Source: Octopus vulgaris
Taxonomy: Eukaryota
Length of the DNA: 64,000 nt
Reading direction: 5' to 3'
Assembly: GCA_951406725.2 (NCBI GenBank)
Contig: OX597815.1
Span: 89,714,001-89,778,000, forward strand
The translations under genes were made by a program, and so were the position numbers. The notes beneath the pieces are model-generated. The model was not told the DNA's origin. It ran no database searches and saw only the letters and a program-made list of their open reading frames with translations. Every line of letters begins with the position of its first letter. Positions within the stretch are counted from its first letter, which is position 1. This document shows, one piece after another, positions 42,471 to 56,011 of this stretch.

Positions 42471-43399
42471 TTGGAATACGAATTGTTCGTATTAATTTTT
42501 GATAATTTTAATATTTAGTCCTATATGTACCTGCTGTGGTTAATGTCATTCAATAATAATTGAGTTGCTTGAGGCTGATTCTGTCTCTTAAACCTATCCA
42601 AATATTTGTATATAATACACTGAGTAATTCATTTTAGTACCACTAAATTGAGCTTCACTCCCCTGTGAACTCGGAAATAACTTCCCTAATATTAATATTA
42701 ATTATATATAGATAAACGTTTTGGATGAACTCCATAATCATATCATCTGCCATATCACTACATTTAAAAATAAAAAAGTCCTCTCTATTAGGGACAATAA
42801 TTTATGCGAGATTCAAATTTTCTTTGTCATTCTTATAATTACAAATGCACGTTTGTTTATTCAAGCATACACACACATATATACACAGTTGTACATATAC
42901 ACATATATGTGCAGAATTATTTGTTTTAAATAATGAAAATCTTCACAAGTACAGTATAGAGTGTTTAATATCAGTTGTTGCTCGTCCTTTGTATCGTTCA
43001 TTAATATTCACTTTCTTATTGGAATATTCGATTCAAGATAGCTTTATACAATGTGTGCCTTTTGTTTTAGATGGCACGTTGTAATTTGAGAGAAGTTTTT
43101 GAAACAATTGAGCGACGTGGGGATATATATATATATATATATATATGGTATAATTCAAATGTTATATATATTTGAGGATGTGTGGATCGAATGTTCGTCT
43201 TGGCGACAATTAAGGAAATTTGTGAAGCTAAAACGAGCTGTTAGAATTCAAATTCTCGTGGATTATTGGCTTAGAAAAGTGAGAGTTATGGTACATGTAT
43301 TCCATGAATATATATTTAATGTAGGAAGCAATATTGACGAAAAAGCTTGTGGTGTTTGAACGTAATGTCTGAGTTGTACTCTTATTGTATAAAGTATGA

Positions 43400-43680
43400 A
43401 TTTCTTCAAGATAGTTTTTGAACCAAAGTAACTGGAAACCTTTCATTTTTAATGACACAGTGGGAGAAATGAACGTTGAGTTCACTGGTTACTTCTATGC
43501 GAAGAATCCTTTTTCCTGAACGGTGAGGAAACATGATATGTTAAGAGGTCCAGATGTAGGTGCTGCAAATTACTGAGTGGCGTGTTAGAAGGAGACGCTT
43601 ATAGAAAGAAGGCAAAGGATAGCGATGCTATAAGGGGTAAATGTTGCAGCTGAGCCTACAGCATCTATTCATGTGCCAAG
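43400..43680 (-). mobile_element. Possible CR1/Jockey-group LINE 3' remnant
   Basis: Minus-strand VNSTFISPTVSL...LLWFKNYL weakly resembles the LINE ORF2 end SFFPRT..LWN.LP....FK. Confidence 0.25.
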
Positions 43681-44988
43681 TCGTGCTTTATGTATCAAGT
43701 CATCAGATCAAAACTAATGTATTTACTTTGGAATCTACTATTAAGTTTTAATTTTACATTCAGTTTATTAAAATTTTTCTGTAATCAAGTAGTCTTCTTA
43801 TGATATTTGAGACAGCATTTCTAGTAACGTGGATCAAGTTACATGACACATTATCTCTGCTGATGATACTATTTTCATTTTCGAGTATAGCGAAGTTCTT
43901 ACATTTGCAACACTATGGAATTAACCTCACATAAATTTGTTGCACATTCACAAGTAACAATTTAAATATTGAACTCTAGTAAAAGAAACTGGGAGGAAAG
44001 CTATCCGAAATTCTGGCATATAAATTAGGGGAACTTGGATGATGTTCAAATATATAAATTTGAAAGTGCAATTGTGTTTTTAATTTGGGAACATGTAATA
44101 TTTCGTAGTTTACAAAAGAAATAGTTGGGAAATTTAGGTTCTGCAATATAATGATTCTCACTGTTAATGGGAGGTAACTTAGATAACTTAGATACGTTTC
44201 GACCAAAGACTGGCCGTGGCCATGTCTAACTTAATAGCTCCATTTGATGGTATGTAGTCTATCTGTGGTTATTCTTTAAATACCAAGAATATTAACGTGG
44301 GTTCACGCTAATATGATTTCAAAATATTGTGTATTCATTGCACTTAAGTTTGATGAAATCGAGTGCTACTTGCCCATTGCGTCCGTGTAAAAATGATTTT
44401 TAAAATACAAAAATATAACGTTTTGTGAATGTAATGCATTATTCTTATTCCTCACATTTACAACAGTAAGTGCAATTGCATACGATTACAACATAAATCT
44501 CTTTAGGGAATAATGAACAACACAACATCATACTTCGTTCTCTGCAGAAAACTGACATGTTCTGTCGGAGTAAGAAATCAATATAATCTAGTTGATTCGC
44601 TTGTTTGTAATCTGCACGTACATATTGCATCAAAATAGAAGTGGCTTTTAATCAATTTTTATTTCCCAGTGCTATCCAAACTAATTTGTTGTCAATGAAA
44701 GCAATAGATGCAGAACATGATTTAGTTTGATAATAACAAAAATCACAAAAAGGGAAAATGTAATAAATATATACCAAAATAATTAATAAAATTTAGAACT
44801 AAAAACTGCTCCCCACAAAAAAAATATATAAATAAGCGAAATAAAAATTTCAGATATTAAAATGTTATCAGAAAAGCATTTCATTTGTAAATTTCCTTTA
44901 CTAAGCAATTCAACAAAATTGAAATTGATTGAAAATGAGAAAAAAATTGAAAATGAAATTTTCATACGTATATCCACACAATGAAGTA

Positions 44989-45088
44989 CATACCAGCATA
45001 CGAACTAGCATACGCACCAGCATACACACCAGCATATGCACCAGCATACGCACCAGCATACGCACCAGCATATGCACCAGCAAACGCG
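44989..45088. repeat. 12-bp minisatellite (CACCAGCATAYG) x ~8
   Basis: Directly visible tandem array. Confidence 0.9.
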
Positions 45089-45481
45089 CATATATATGGA
45101 AGTATATATATATACGTATGTGTGTCTGTGTGTGTACATGTAACTTAGAATCAAGAGACTGTTTATGTTTGTTTTGTAAGATAGAGTTTTACATGTGGAT
45201 TATTGTTCTATAGGATATATAACTTAATTGCTGTCTGAAATAACAAAGTGGAAATACTAAAAAAAAAAATACTGACATACATATATTGAAATATTAAAAT
45301 CCATACGCCGAACATTACGTCATGTATATGCAAATCTGAATTGATTTCATCAGCAACAAAAATAATTATGAGTAGCACTTGCTTATAAATATAAAGATAC
45401 CAATAAACACACAACTACCGGCACGTAGAAATACATGCAGATATATTGACTTACACAGGCAATGTAAATGTGTCTGTGTTT

Positions 45482-45540
<59 letters not shown>

Positions 45541-45828
45541 GTACATAAGAACCAAGTTTGCACATATGTATCAATGGGACTCGTGTAATAAATGTTTTCC
45601 TCAACATATAAAGAAAGAATGTAGTAAAGCTTTGAATGAATTATTTCATGAAAATTCATTGCAAAGTATTTATATATGAAATATAGTGCATTACCTTAAA
45701 CTTTTATTTAATAATACATAAATTACTGCTTCTTATGAATATATTTGTTCGGCAGTAATTAAATTAAGCAATTCTAGATACAATGTGAAATTTACTGCGT
45801 AATATTTAATATAATTTTTCACCTTATG

Positions 45829-45902
<74 letters not shown>

Positions 45903-46076
45903 TGTGTGTGTGTATGTATGTATAAACACACAGACACATTTATATTCTGCACATACATGTGCACCCGAAACGCAATTCATTTTATCTTGCACGTTTGTGC
46001 AAATATTTTTGAGCGTGAGAATATTTTGCTGCTGAAAGTGGAAGGGGGAGAAACGTATTTCAGTACATAACATACA

Positions 46077-46109
<33 letters not shown>

Positions 46110-46114
46110 TATAA

Positions 46115-46177
<63 letters not shown>

Positions 46178-46178
<1 letters not shown>

Positions 46179-46437
46179 AAAGGTAAAGACCCCCTTCGGT
46201 CATGTGTGACCATGGGTTTGCACCTAGAGAGTTACCCTCTGAGGCACAAGTCTGGGCAAGGTTGTTTTTATGGAAGATCAGCAGTCGCCCATGCATACCG
46301 GCCTCCCCTCTCCACGCCACCAGTGTTATCCAAGGGAAAGACAAAGGTCGATACAGCTTGGCACCAGTGACGTCGCAACTCATTTCTACAGCTGAGTGAA
46401 CTGGAGCAACGTGAAATAAAGTGCTTTGCTCAAGAAC

Positions 46438-46438
<1 letters not shown>
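46178..46438 (-). mobile_element. SINE (family C-related) body and tail, head missing, embedded in (TA)n
   Basis: GGAGCAACGTGAAATAAAGTGCTTTGCTCAAGAACA is the reverse complement of the central domain at 13738-13775. It is a GC-rich island between TA tracts. Confidence 0.75.
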
Positions 46439-46484
<46 letters not shown>

Positions 46485-46492
46485 CATGTATA

Positions 46493-46555
<63 letters not shown>

Positions 46556-46839
46556 CCATGTACGTATATGTACATATACATATATGCACATATATAAATA
46601 TATATATACACGCACACACACATATACAAATGTATGTGCTGAAATAGATAGATAGATAGATATAAGCTGTAAATTTTTACAGGGGATTCAAAAGCTTAGT
46701 TTTCGTGTTTGGTATGTGTGTCAAATTTTCTTAGCAGTTATTGCACAATTTGATAATGCCCTCCCTTCAAAATATGTAGTATAGTCCAGATTTGATAGTT
46801 AAGTCCGGTCATACATTTATCTGGAGCCGTAAGATAGCT

Positions 46840-47710
46840 ACATTGTCCTGGGTATGACATTAAACTGCATTCTGTGGCCAAGCTCCAGTCGGAATTTCCG
46901 TAGTTGTGGTGAGCATGGAGTCACACATTAATTACTCCAAAACCAGCACACGCTCTCAACAGCCCTGGGTAAGATTATGGAGAACTATCCGTCGCAGCCG
47001 GAGATAGCGAGAAGTGATGAGAATGAAAACATTTACAATGTATCCATGTTTTTTTCTCTACACCATAGTATGAGCTTCGATCTTGAATAATGTTACTGCT
47101 TGGATACGCAGGTTACAGAACCACATCCCGAGACAAGACATCTAGGCAGACTTGTTACTGCTCTGCTTTATGAATAATCGGCACTTAGGTATTTTCCATG
47201 TTGTTTTGAATGTCAATATTTGAGCTAGTTGTAGTGAGACTGGTGGTCATGACTTGTAGTTGTGGTTCCGATGAGTCTCATATCATCGGACATTGAAGAC
47301 ATGTGTACCTTTCTATTCCTCATTTGCTACCCTTACAGAGAGAATTTCACTTCTCTTTCTCGCTCCCCCTTGAGACTGTGACCACCGAAATGAAACGCCA
47401 AGCGTCAAAAGGACCGTCGTTGATAGGGCGCCATCTTGTTCACCCAGCGTCCGTAATTACCAGCTCTGTCTCCACGAAGGATCACACCAACCTGTGGTAT
47501 CCATCATCAGGAAATGCGAACTGTCTTATTGCTGTCATCAGAGTGGTGCAATTGTGGTAAACTACAAATCACTTGTCGCCGAGAACACGGACAAGCCACC
47601 TTAGCATCAGCTGCTCCCATGCACTGGATGCACCAGGAATAGCATCACCAACCTACGAGAGCAGGGTCGTCAACCAACAGCCACCAGCGTCTGCGTAGTC
47701 CGACCCCCAT
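46840..47710. mobile_element. GC-richer interspersed-repeat remnant (possibly LINE 5' region or SINE-like)
   Basis: GTCCTGGGTATGACATTAAACTGCATT...GCTCCAGT resembles a common repeat motif, and composition shifts. No clear coding motif. Confidence 0.3.
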
Positions 47711-47927
47711 CGACTTGTGCACCTTCCACGCCCTTAATTCCGTCTCATATACGGGGAGAGCATGCATGCATAAGCGACTACATATAAGCACACACACAAA
47801 TATTCACGTGCATGCCCCTCCTCCAACGCACAAACTCCCAACACACAAGCAGTGTACCAGCCATAAACAGTACACCCGCAAATCCACACTCATCGTATAT
47901 GCATTTGTATCCAAGTATACGTATACG

Positions 47928-47968
<41 letters not shown>

Positions 47969-48007
47969 ACACACACACACATGCACACACGCGCACTAAT
48001 ACACCCA

Positions 48008-48061
<54 letters not shown>

Positions 48062-48126
48062 AAGAGATACATTGATAGATAGATACATACATACATACAT
48101 ACATAGATAAATGTACGCAACGAAAG

Positions 48127-48199
<73 letters not shown>

Positions 48200-48206
<7 letters not shown>

Positions 48207-49720
48207 AACAAGAAATTTAAAAAGGAAATTACACACACTTTACATAGTTTCGCTTTAGCTATTCATGATATTAAGGTTTATAAATTTGAATACGTACTTT
48301 TTTATGAAGAAATTTTTGTCCATGTTGTGTGTAATGATACTTACGAGTGAATGACTTCACAATTAGAAAAATAAGTGGAGGTAATTGGTTATCGTTATTA
48401 TTATTGTTGCTGTTGTTGTTGTTGTTGTTTAGACATCATGATAAAAGTCAACAATTATATCATAACTGACATCTGTTATAAACCAACTGACTCAAAACAA
48501 AATCTCTTTAGCCCTTGCTACCCGAAACACATCAAGATAAATATCCGTTTCAATTTAGCAAAAAGGATTTGCTCAATAGTGTCTATTAGAACAACGCGGG
48601 ACCTTCGTTTTCAAGACTTCAAAACAACGCTTACTGAAAGACAATATCCACCCTCACTTATAAACGAGGTAATTAAACGTGCCCCAAAATTAGACGTAAA
48701 AACACTAAGAACAACAAAACATAACACCACACCTCATGTCAAAACTACTATTTATATCAACACACAGCCCCAGAAACAGTGAGGCATTTAGCAATATGGT
48801 GCATAATCTTCCTTTACTAACTACAGATCCTAAAATGAGCGACATCCTGAAAACACGCAAGCCCAACAAATGCAAAAAGCAACACAAATCGCTAAAGAGA
48901 CTACTAACAAATGCGAAGCTTTACAAAACAATCACGAAACCAACGGTTAAAAATGTGGACAGCCAAGCTGTGGAACCTGCCTCAACTTACTTGAAGGCTC
49001 GGTTTACCTTTTCAAACAAGGACAGAGGTTCACAATTAAAACTAGTTTCACTTATGCCTCTGAGAACCTAATTTATGAAATAACCTGCTCGGGTTGCGGT
49101 CAAAACTATAATGAGAGACGAGTATGAACCTGAGAAAGAGAACTACTCTACATAAAGATCAAATCCGTTTCCCGCATACAATCAAATTCTTTCAGGGAAC
49201 ATATAGAAAAATGTGCAGATAGCATCAAACCTAATTGCACAGTCTTCCCCTTCTACCAGTGCAAATACACTATCTCTCCACAAGAACGTTTATATAAAGA
49301 AACTTTTTTCGTTGAAAAATACAGAACACGTCTTAATATGCACGTACAACCAACTTTTATCTTTTTACATATTTCAGTTCACGATTACATCACTATACAT
49401 AAATCCCCTCACTAAACACGTTTTTCGAAACCTTTTTTTTTTGTGTGTGTGTATACACATATATACCCTCACCTTACCGAAACCGAACAGTTATCTACCT
49501 TTATTTTTCTACTTACCCTTATTTTTTTACTTGTGAAGTCATTCACTCGTAAATGTTAAAACACACAACATGGATAAAAATTTCTTAAGAAAATACATAT
49601 TCAAATAGGTAAACCATAATATCATGAATAGTGAAAGTGAAACCGGTCCATATATTACAAAGTTTATTAAAAATGTAAAGTTTGTGTATTTTCCTTTTTT
49701 TAATTTCTTATATATATTAC
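48200..49720 (+). mobile_element. 5'-truncated PLE (RT thumb, linker, GIY-YIG; frameshifted) with inverted terminal repeat
   Basis: LDIMIKVNNYIITDICYKPTDSKQ..PCYPKHIKINIRFNLAKRICSIVS...YPPSLI, then CGQPSCGTC..FTYASENLIYEITCSGCGQNY. 48200-48390 is the near reverse complement of 49490-49715 (TTACGAGTGAATGACTTCACAA / TTGTGAAGTCATTCACTCGTAA). Confidence 0.88.
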
Positions 49721-50265
49721 AACTCACCACGTGGGGATAATCAAAATTCCTCCTTTTCTGTTACTACAATACGCACATACACACACACACACAAACACAC
49801 ACATATATAACTGGGAAAATTTGGAGTCCGGTTGGATATTTAGTGAAAATCGATGTTCAACAGTACACCTTGTTGACTCCAAAATGTTTCCAATTTATCT
49901 ATTCATACACAACAGGAGACCAAATGCAAATTTGGAATATAGTACTTCTACTGGATAGCGAATGGTGAAATCTGAACGTGGATGAACTTTATACTGTACT
50001 CTAATGCGTTCTTAACAGAATATACTATAACTGTGTGTATATATATATATGTATATACATAAATACACGTATATACGCACACAAGCACGCACACATACAT
50101 GTACGTATATACGCGCATGTACATTCGTGCGCACATACACGTGCATAAACTTGTACATATATATATGAAACTTGAAGGATTAACTTGTAATAAACGTGTT
50201 GAGTGCCTTTTTCTTTTGTCTATCGACTCATTTGTATATATGTATATATGGGGTATATTTTGTAC

Positions 50266-50362
<97 letters not shown>

Positions 50363-50403
50363 TGTGAGTATACACACACACACACATATATATATACACA
50401 TAC

Positions 50404-52095
50404 ATTGTGGCTGCTCCCTCGTTATCGAGTATGGCCATTGCACGAAGCTTAACTGTTACTGGTGCTGTGATCGAATGTGACTTTTTAGCCCAGCTAAAGA
50501 TCTACAATGTCTTGTACAGAATTGGCAACTAAAAATTTACCGGTAATAGCCGGCTGTATTTGTAACTGGGCTTCATGTACCTTTGCATGTCGTTTAAGTC
50601 CTCTCCTCATGCTGAATTACACTCTCTTCCACATGCCCGGCAGATATGATTTGTATGATGTGTTACACCAAACCAGTGACCAGGTTGTCACTCATCTGTC
50701 TCGCTTTATGACTACGAAGATGACTGTTGAGTCCAGCTTTACTGAGGCATGGTCTTGCACAGACATTGCATGTCAGCATCAGAGGAAGACCCTTCCCATC
50801 TGGAAGTGTAACAGCGATGCCCTTCCTGACATCCCTCCTTACTTTCTCATGTGCAACTCAAGATTTCTCAAAAGTGGCTGTCTTCTCGTGCACAATCCTT
50901 CTCCATCTGCTACGATCAATAGCTATGTCTTCCCATGTGTCAGGAGAGATGCAAGCATCTCTTAAGGAAGCCTTCTGCGAGTCCTTATACCTCCTTTTTG
51001 GTTTATGTGGAGGTCGTTCTCCTTTAGCTACCTCTCCATAAAAAAGTTGTTTTGGCATCCTTGAATCCTTCATCCTGACCAGATGACCATTCCATCTGAG
51101 CCTTTGCTTTAACACAAGAGCTTCTATACTTTCACACCGAGAGCCTTCCAATATTTCAAGATGCAGTCTTTCCGCTTAATGCCATAGATCCGTCTGAGGC
51201 ACATCTGATGGAAACGTTCCAGTTGTTTAAGGTGGTATCGATATGTGACCCATGTTTCGCAGGCATAGAGAAAAGAAGGGGGCACACATGGCTTGTACAC
51301 CGTTATCTTTGTTTTTCTGCATATGTCTCGCCGACTCCAGAGGCGCTTTTCTAGCCTTCCGAAAGCAACACTTGCTTTCCTAATTCTATATGGAATTTCA
51401 TCATCCAAATTGCTATATCTATTAATAGTGCTTCTGAAGTAGACAAACTGATCAACTAAATCACGTCGTTTACCGTACACATAGATATTTGGTACACTAT
51501 ACTGCTTACCAGGGGCAGGTTGATGCATGTCAACAGTTTTCTTGAGATTGACTGTCAATCCTAAGGCAGTGCAAGCATCAGATAATGTATTCAAAATGTG
51601 TTGCATATCAATCTCTGTGTGTGCTACTAGCTCACAATCATCTGCATACAAAAGGTATCTTATGATAGAGGTAAATACCTTTGTTTTGCAGCAAGGCGCC
51701 CGATATTAAATATGCTGCCAGAGGTTCGTTAATGGACGTAAACACTGTATCTGCAGTTTCTGAATGCAATACAGAACACCATCGCAAAATATATGGAAAA
51801 TAGGGTCGGTGCCAGAATATCCCCCTGTTTCACTCTATTTTGTATTGAAATGGGCTCCGACATTTTTCCTCTAACATTAACCCTACCATTCATGTCTTTA
51901 TGAAAAGACCTAACCAAAGTTATGAACTTTTCAGGGCACCCAAGTTTCTGGAGGACTTTCCACAATGCTTTTCTATTGACAGTATCAAAGGCTTTTGTCA
52001 GATCGACAAAAACCTGATACAAATCCATAATTTGTTCCACACACTTCTCCTGAAGCTGTCTAGCTGAAAAGATCATATCAGCAGTACCACGTCCC
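50404..52095 (-). mobile_element. RTE-clade LINE, 5'-truncated ORF2 (RT) pseudogene with intact 3' end
   Basis: GRGTADMIFSARQLQEKC..FVDLTKAFDTVNR..VKQGDILAPTLFS, YADDCELVAH..GLTVNLKKT, LRWNGHLVRMKDSRMPKQLFYGE, and a terminal CRSLAGLKSHIRSQH zinc finger followed by a short 3' UTR. Confidence 0.92.
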
Positions 52096-52139
52096 ACATA
52101 AATACATACATACATACATACATAATACAAACATACGTA

Positions 52140-52940
52140 GAGGGTCCGAAGGGTAAATTGTTGCCATTTTATAATTACAATTTTGCGCATCCGCAGTTGG
52201 GCACCATCTGTGAGAAAAGCAGCACCATAATGCAATTCACTCTACCAGAAATTTGGAAACGACATGATGTACTGTTCGGCATTTGTGCCCGAATCTCCAA
52301 TACGAATAATTCAGCGTGTTTCCGTTTCAATCTGAGAACAGTGCAATCTGAGGATATGTACCGAGAGTGATAAAAATCAATCATCCAGTCAACATCATGT
52401 TGTTTGGAGTTATCACTTATGATGGTGACGTTATGCCTCCAGCCATCTTCTCACATGGCCTCAGAGTCAACACGGAGGCCTGCATCAAAGTGCATAATGT
52501 AGATAGTGCTGCCCTGGGTCAAGACGGTGGCTACTGGAATACCCGATATCTCGCAACAAAACTTTGCCCCATGCCACACAAGAAAGAGAACCCGGTCGTG
52601 ACTGTCAGACAATTTCTGGGGCTACATCAACCCAACCATCTGGCCACCTAACGCCTCAGACTACAACCCCTCAATTATTATGTGTGGGTTGAGGTGAAAG
52701 ATAGATTAACCAAACTCCTTGCAACACCAAAGATGAACTGAAGGCAACTTAAACAAGGAGACCGTCCGGAAGAGTTGCAGGAGAATCCGAAGTCGTCTAG
52801 AAGCCGTGGTTGAATAAATTTACTCTTTAGTATTACGAGATATTTTTATATCATTTTGTTAAATGTAGTATTTAAAATGCGATGTCAGTGTTATCTTCAT
52901 TTTTGCGTAATTTATACGACCGTTTATTCACTGCACCCTT
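52140..52940 (+). mobile_element. Internally deleted Tc1/mariner-superfamily (maT-like) DNA transposon
   Basis: HPVNIMLFGVITYDGDVMPP..FSHGLRVNTEA, APCHT and IWPPNASDYNPLNYYVW (~WPPxSPDxNPLDY). Imperfect TIRs AGGGT...TAAA and TTTA...ACCCT with TA flanks. Confidence 0.78.
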
Positions 52941-55900
52941 TATATGTATGTATGTATACCAAACCAAATCCAACAAGTACTATATTTAAGAAATCTGACT
53001 CACCTGTTATTGTAGTGGAAAATGACTGTAAATTACATGAAAAACTAGCAGATATACGCAAGGAATTATCATATGGAATATGAAGTATTACAAGAAAGCT
53101 ATCTACCTGTATATTGTCACTTTAATTCTTTGCCATTTCGTATTTATTAATATTTTCCTAAAAGAGTCAATATTTTGTAATGTTTCATATCAATATAAAT
53201 ATTATACGGAGAATGAAAAGTGTTTGGCTAAACTTCTTTCGTCCTGGAAGCAATTCATAGAATATTATGCCGAATGGTTACGGGGAAATTTTTAAATATG
53301 ATGCCAATCCACTTGTAATAAATATTGCTGGCGTACATCTGATATTGAATATTATACAGGAAACCTCAAAAATATAATCAAAAAGGCAAACGAAAGTATA
53401 TTTCTTTACCTGGCTATAAAAAAAAGAAACAGAGAAGTGGATATCAACTTACTGAAAATATTCCAACCAGAAAAAAAGATATAAAGAAACATAATGCAAT
53501 GCAGGTTTACAAGTTAAAATATCAGATTTGATAGATACACCTACGTATTAGTATACCGCTTCACAACTAAACAAAAATTGTATTTTTTCTCTTTCTTAGA
53601 GCTTTTGTCAATAACCAGCCGGATGTACTTTTGAAATTTTAAGTGTATAGAGCAAATAAAAAAGAAGTCTGAAAATTGAATTATATTATATATAATATAC
53701 GATGTACTTTATAGTTATGAATTTGAGTATTAGAAACGATATTTTTTTAATGATTGCAAAACGTAGATTTGAATTTCAAATGGGAGTAGAATATAAATAA
53801 GCACCATGAAAATCGAGACGTAATCTAACATCTGTATATGAAACCTTTCCGCACTTGGTATATAATGAATGATTACTCACGTTATTACACCTTACAAATT
53901 TTATTACGCCTACGCGTTAAAAGAAAACCGTGAAAAACAATTTAAATGAATTCTTTCCATATTTTTATTGGTTATGTTTTTTTATTGCTGTTGTTTGTTA
54001 TTTGGGTACCTGGAGCTGCAAGGAAAATTATACGGAAATGCTCTCTATATAATAATTTTAGTGTGAAACCATTTATTTCTGGATCACTTTACATTGAACT
54101 AGAAATTTTCTTACTATCTTTAAAATATCTAGAGATGATTAAGTGACAAAATATGGAGCAGAAGATAAATATTCCAGCAATAAAAACGTTAATATTCTCA
54201 TTGTGTTATAACGAGCGATGTTTTACTATATTTTCATTGTTATAACGCAAATGGTAATTTCATAAAGCTCTAAAAGAGATAAAGGGTAGGAGAATCTTTC
54301 AAAATATAAGGCTATAATTTTCCATTAAAGTCGTTCTTTGATTTTGTTTCAATATATATTTAGCACAAAACCGAACACACTATATTGAGATTTCTCACAA
54401 TTTATGCATATTTGAATAGTTACGATACATAGTTAATTTAACAGAATCTTAATATTGTAAGTTATATATCTTTATAATTCTCCTATTCAACATTATTTAT
54501 AAGTCACTTTTTATCGGCCAGCTTTATTGTTTGCAATAACGATCATGATGCGTGCTAATATGTTAGAAAATACGGTTAATATGAAGCTTTCAACTCTATG
54601 AAGACAAATATGTTAGTACGTTTCGCTTGTTGTGTGAAGTTCTGTGTGTGGTTTACTCATTTAGCTACATGTAAATTTGTATTCAGGCTTTTATTCTCAT
54701 ATCTATTCCACTTTGAATATAAATATTCCCTGTACTTGAACGTTATTAAATTCATAAATTATAATGTCAGCATGGCCTGTATCGAAGTAATTCGTTTCTT
54801 TATTCATATCCGAGGTTTATCCATGCAGATTCTGAGTTCAATATGATCTCATAGCTTTCTGTAAAAATATTAATTATTTGAAAAATCCTTGATTAAATTA
54901 AATGGTGCATGAGAATGTATTAATGCAAACGTATCTTTCACAATGTATACGTCCAATTCATAAACGGTTGAGTTTCACATTCACCGGGTTATAAATTATT
55001 TCAGTACAACGGTAGGCATTGTGTACATGTAAGACATCAAACCAAAAGATTAAATAAAGTTGGAAAGGAATCTTGAGATTATATTCATCAAAACTTGTGC
55101 GTATATTCTATATGTTATATAAGATGTTATATCACATATGTCTGTGTGTGTCTTTGTGTGCATTGTGTGTGTGTCTGTGTGTGTTAAATAATATTATCAA
55201 GATACCATCACAGATGGCCAGTCGATGGCCGTCGATAATGTTCCTATTCTAGACGAAAAGTCCTGAGTCATAGTTTCACTCAAGAATTAAGTGATACTAT
55301 GATCACTTTCTCATTTACGGATTCTGTGTAGAGGTATCGACCGTCGATCTCCACACATTCAGTTTTGGCTTACTATAGATTTCATTCACAACTAAATAAA
55401 GTGAGAATAAGTTTTGTCTTGGCAAAATAGATTCCTTTATTCTCCGAACACACCCAAACTAGTGACTGTTCTTCCATGCACCAGCCTTTTCCATGCTATG
55501 GAGTTTGGATATCTTCTGCATAGAAGTGTTACTGACCATTCGTTACTGAATATATTTATACGTATACATACTCACACATATACATATACAAAGAGAGAGA
55601 ATATATATATATATTACTCTTTTACTCTTTTACTTGTTTCAGTCATGTAACTGCGGCCATGCTGGAGCACTGCCCTTAGTCGAGCAAATCGGCCCCAGGA
55701 CTTATTCTTTGTAAGCCTAGTACTTTTTCTATCGGTCTCTTTTGTAGAACCGCTAAGTTACGGAGACGTAAACACACCAGAATCAGTTGTCAAGCGATGT
55801 TGGGGGGGGGGGGGGGCAAACACAGACACACAAACACACACACACATGAACATATATATATATACATATATGCGACGGGCTTCTTTCAGTTTCCGTCTAC

Positions 55901-56011
55901 CAAATATACTCACAAGGCTTTGGTCGGCCCGAGGCTATAGTAGAAGACATGTGCCCAAGGTGCCACGCAGTGGGACTGAACCTGGAACCATGTGGCTGGT
56001 AAGCAAGCTAC

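Noticed and set aside
44989-45088. Short regular repeats (also 23536-23623 and 59362-59712) as a CRISPR-like array
   Set aside because: They are contiguous tandem units with no unique spacers and no cas genes, in a eukaryotic context.
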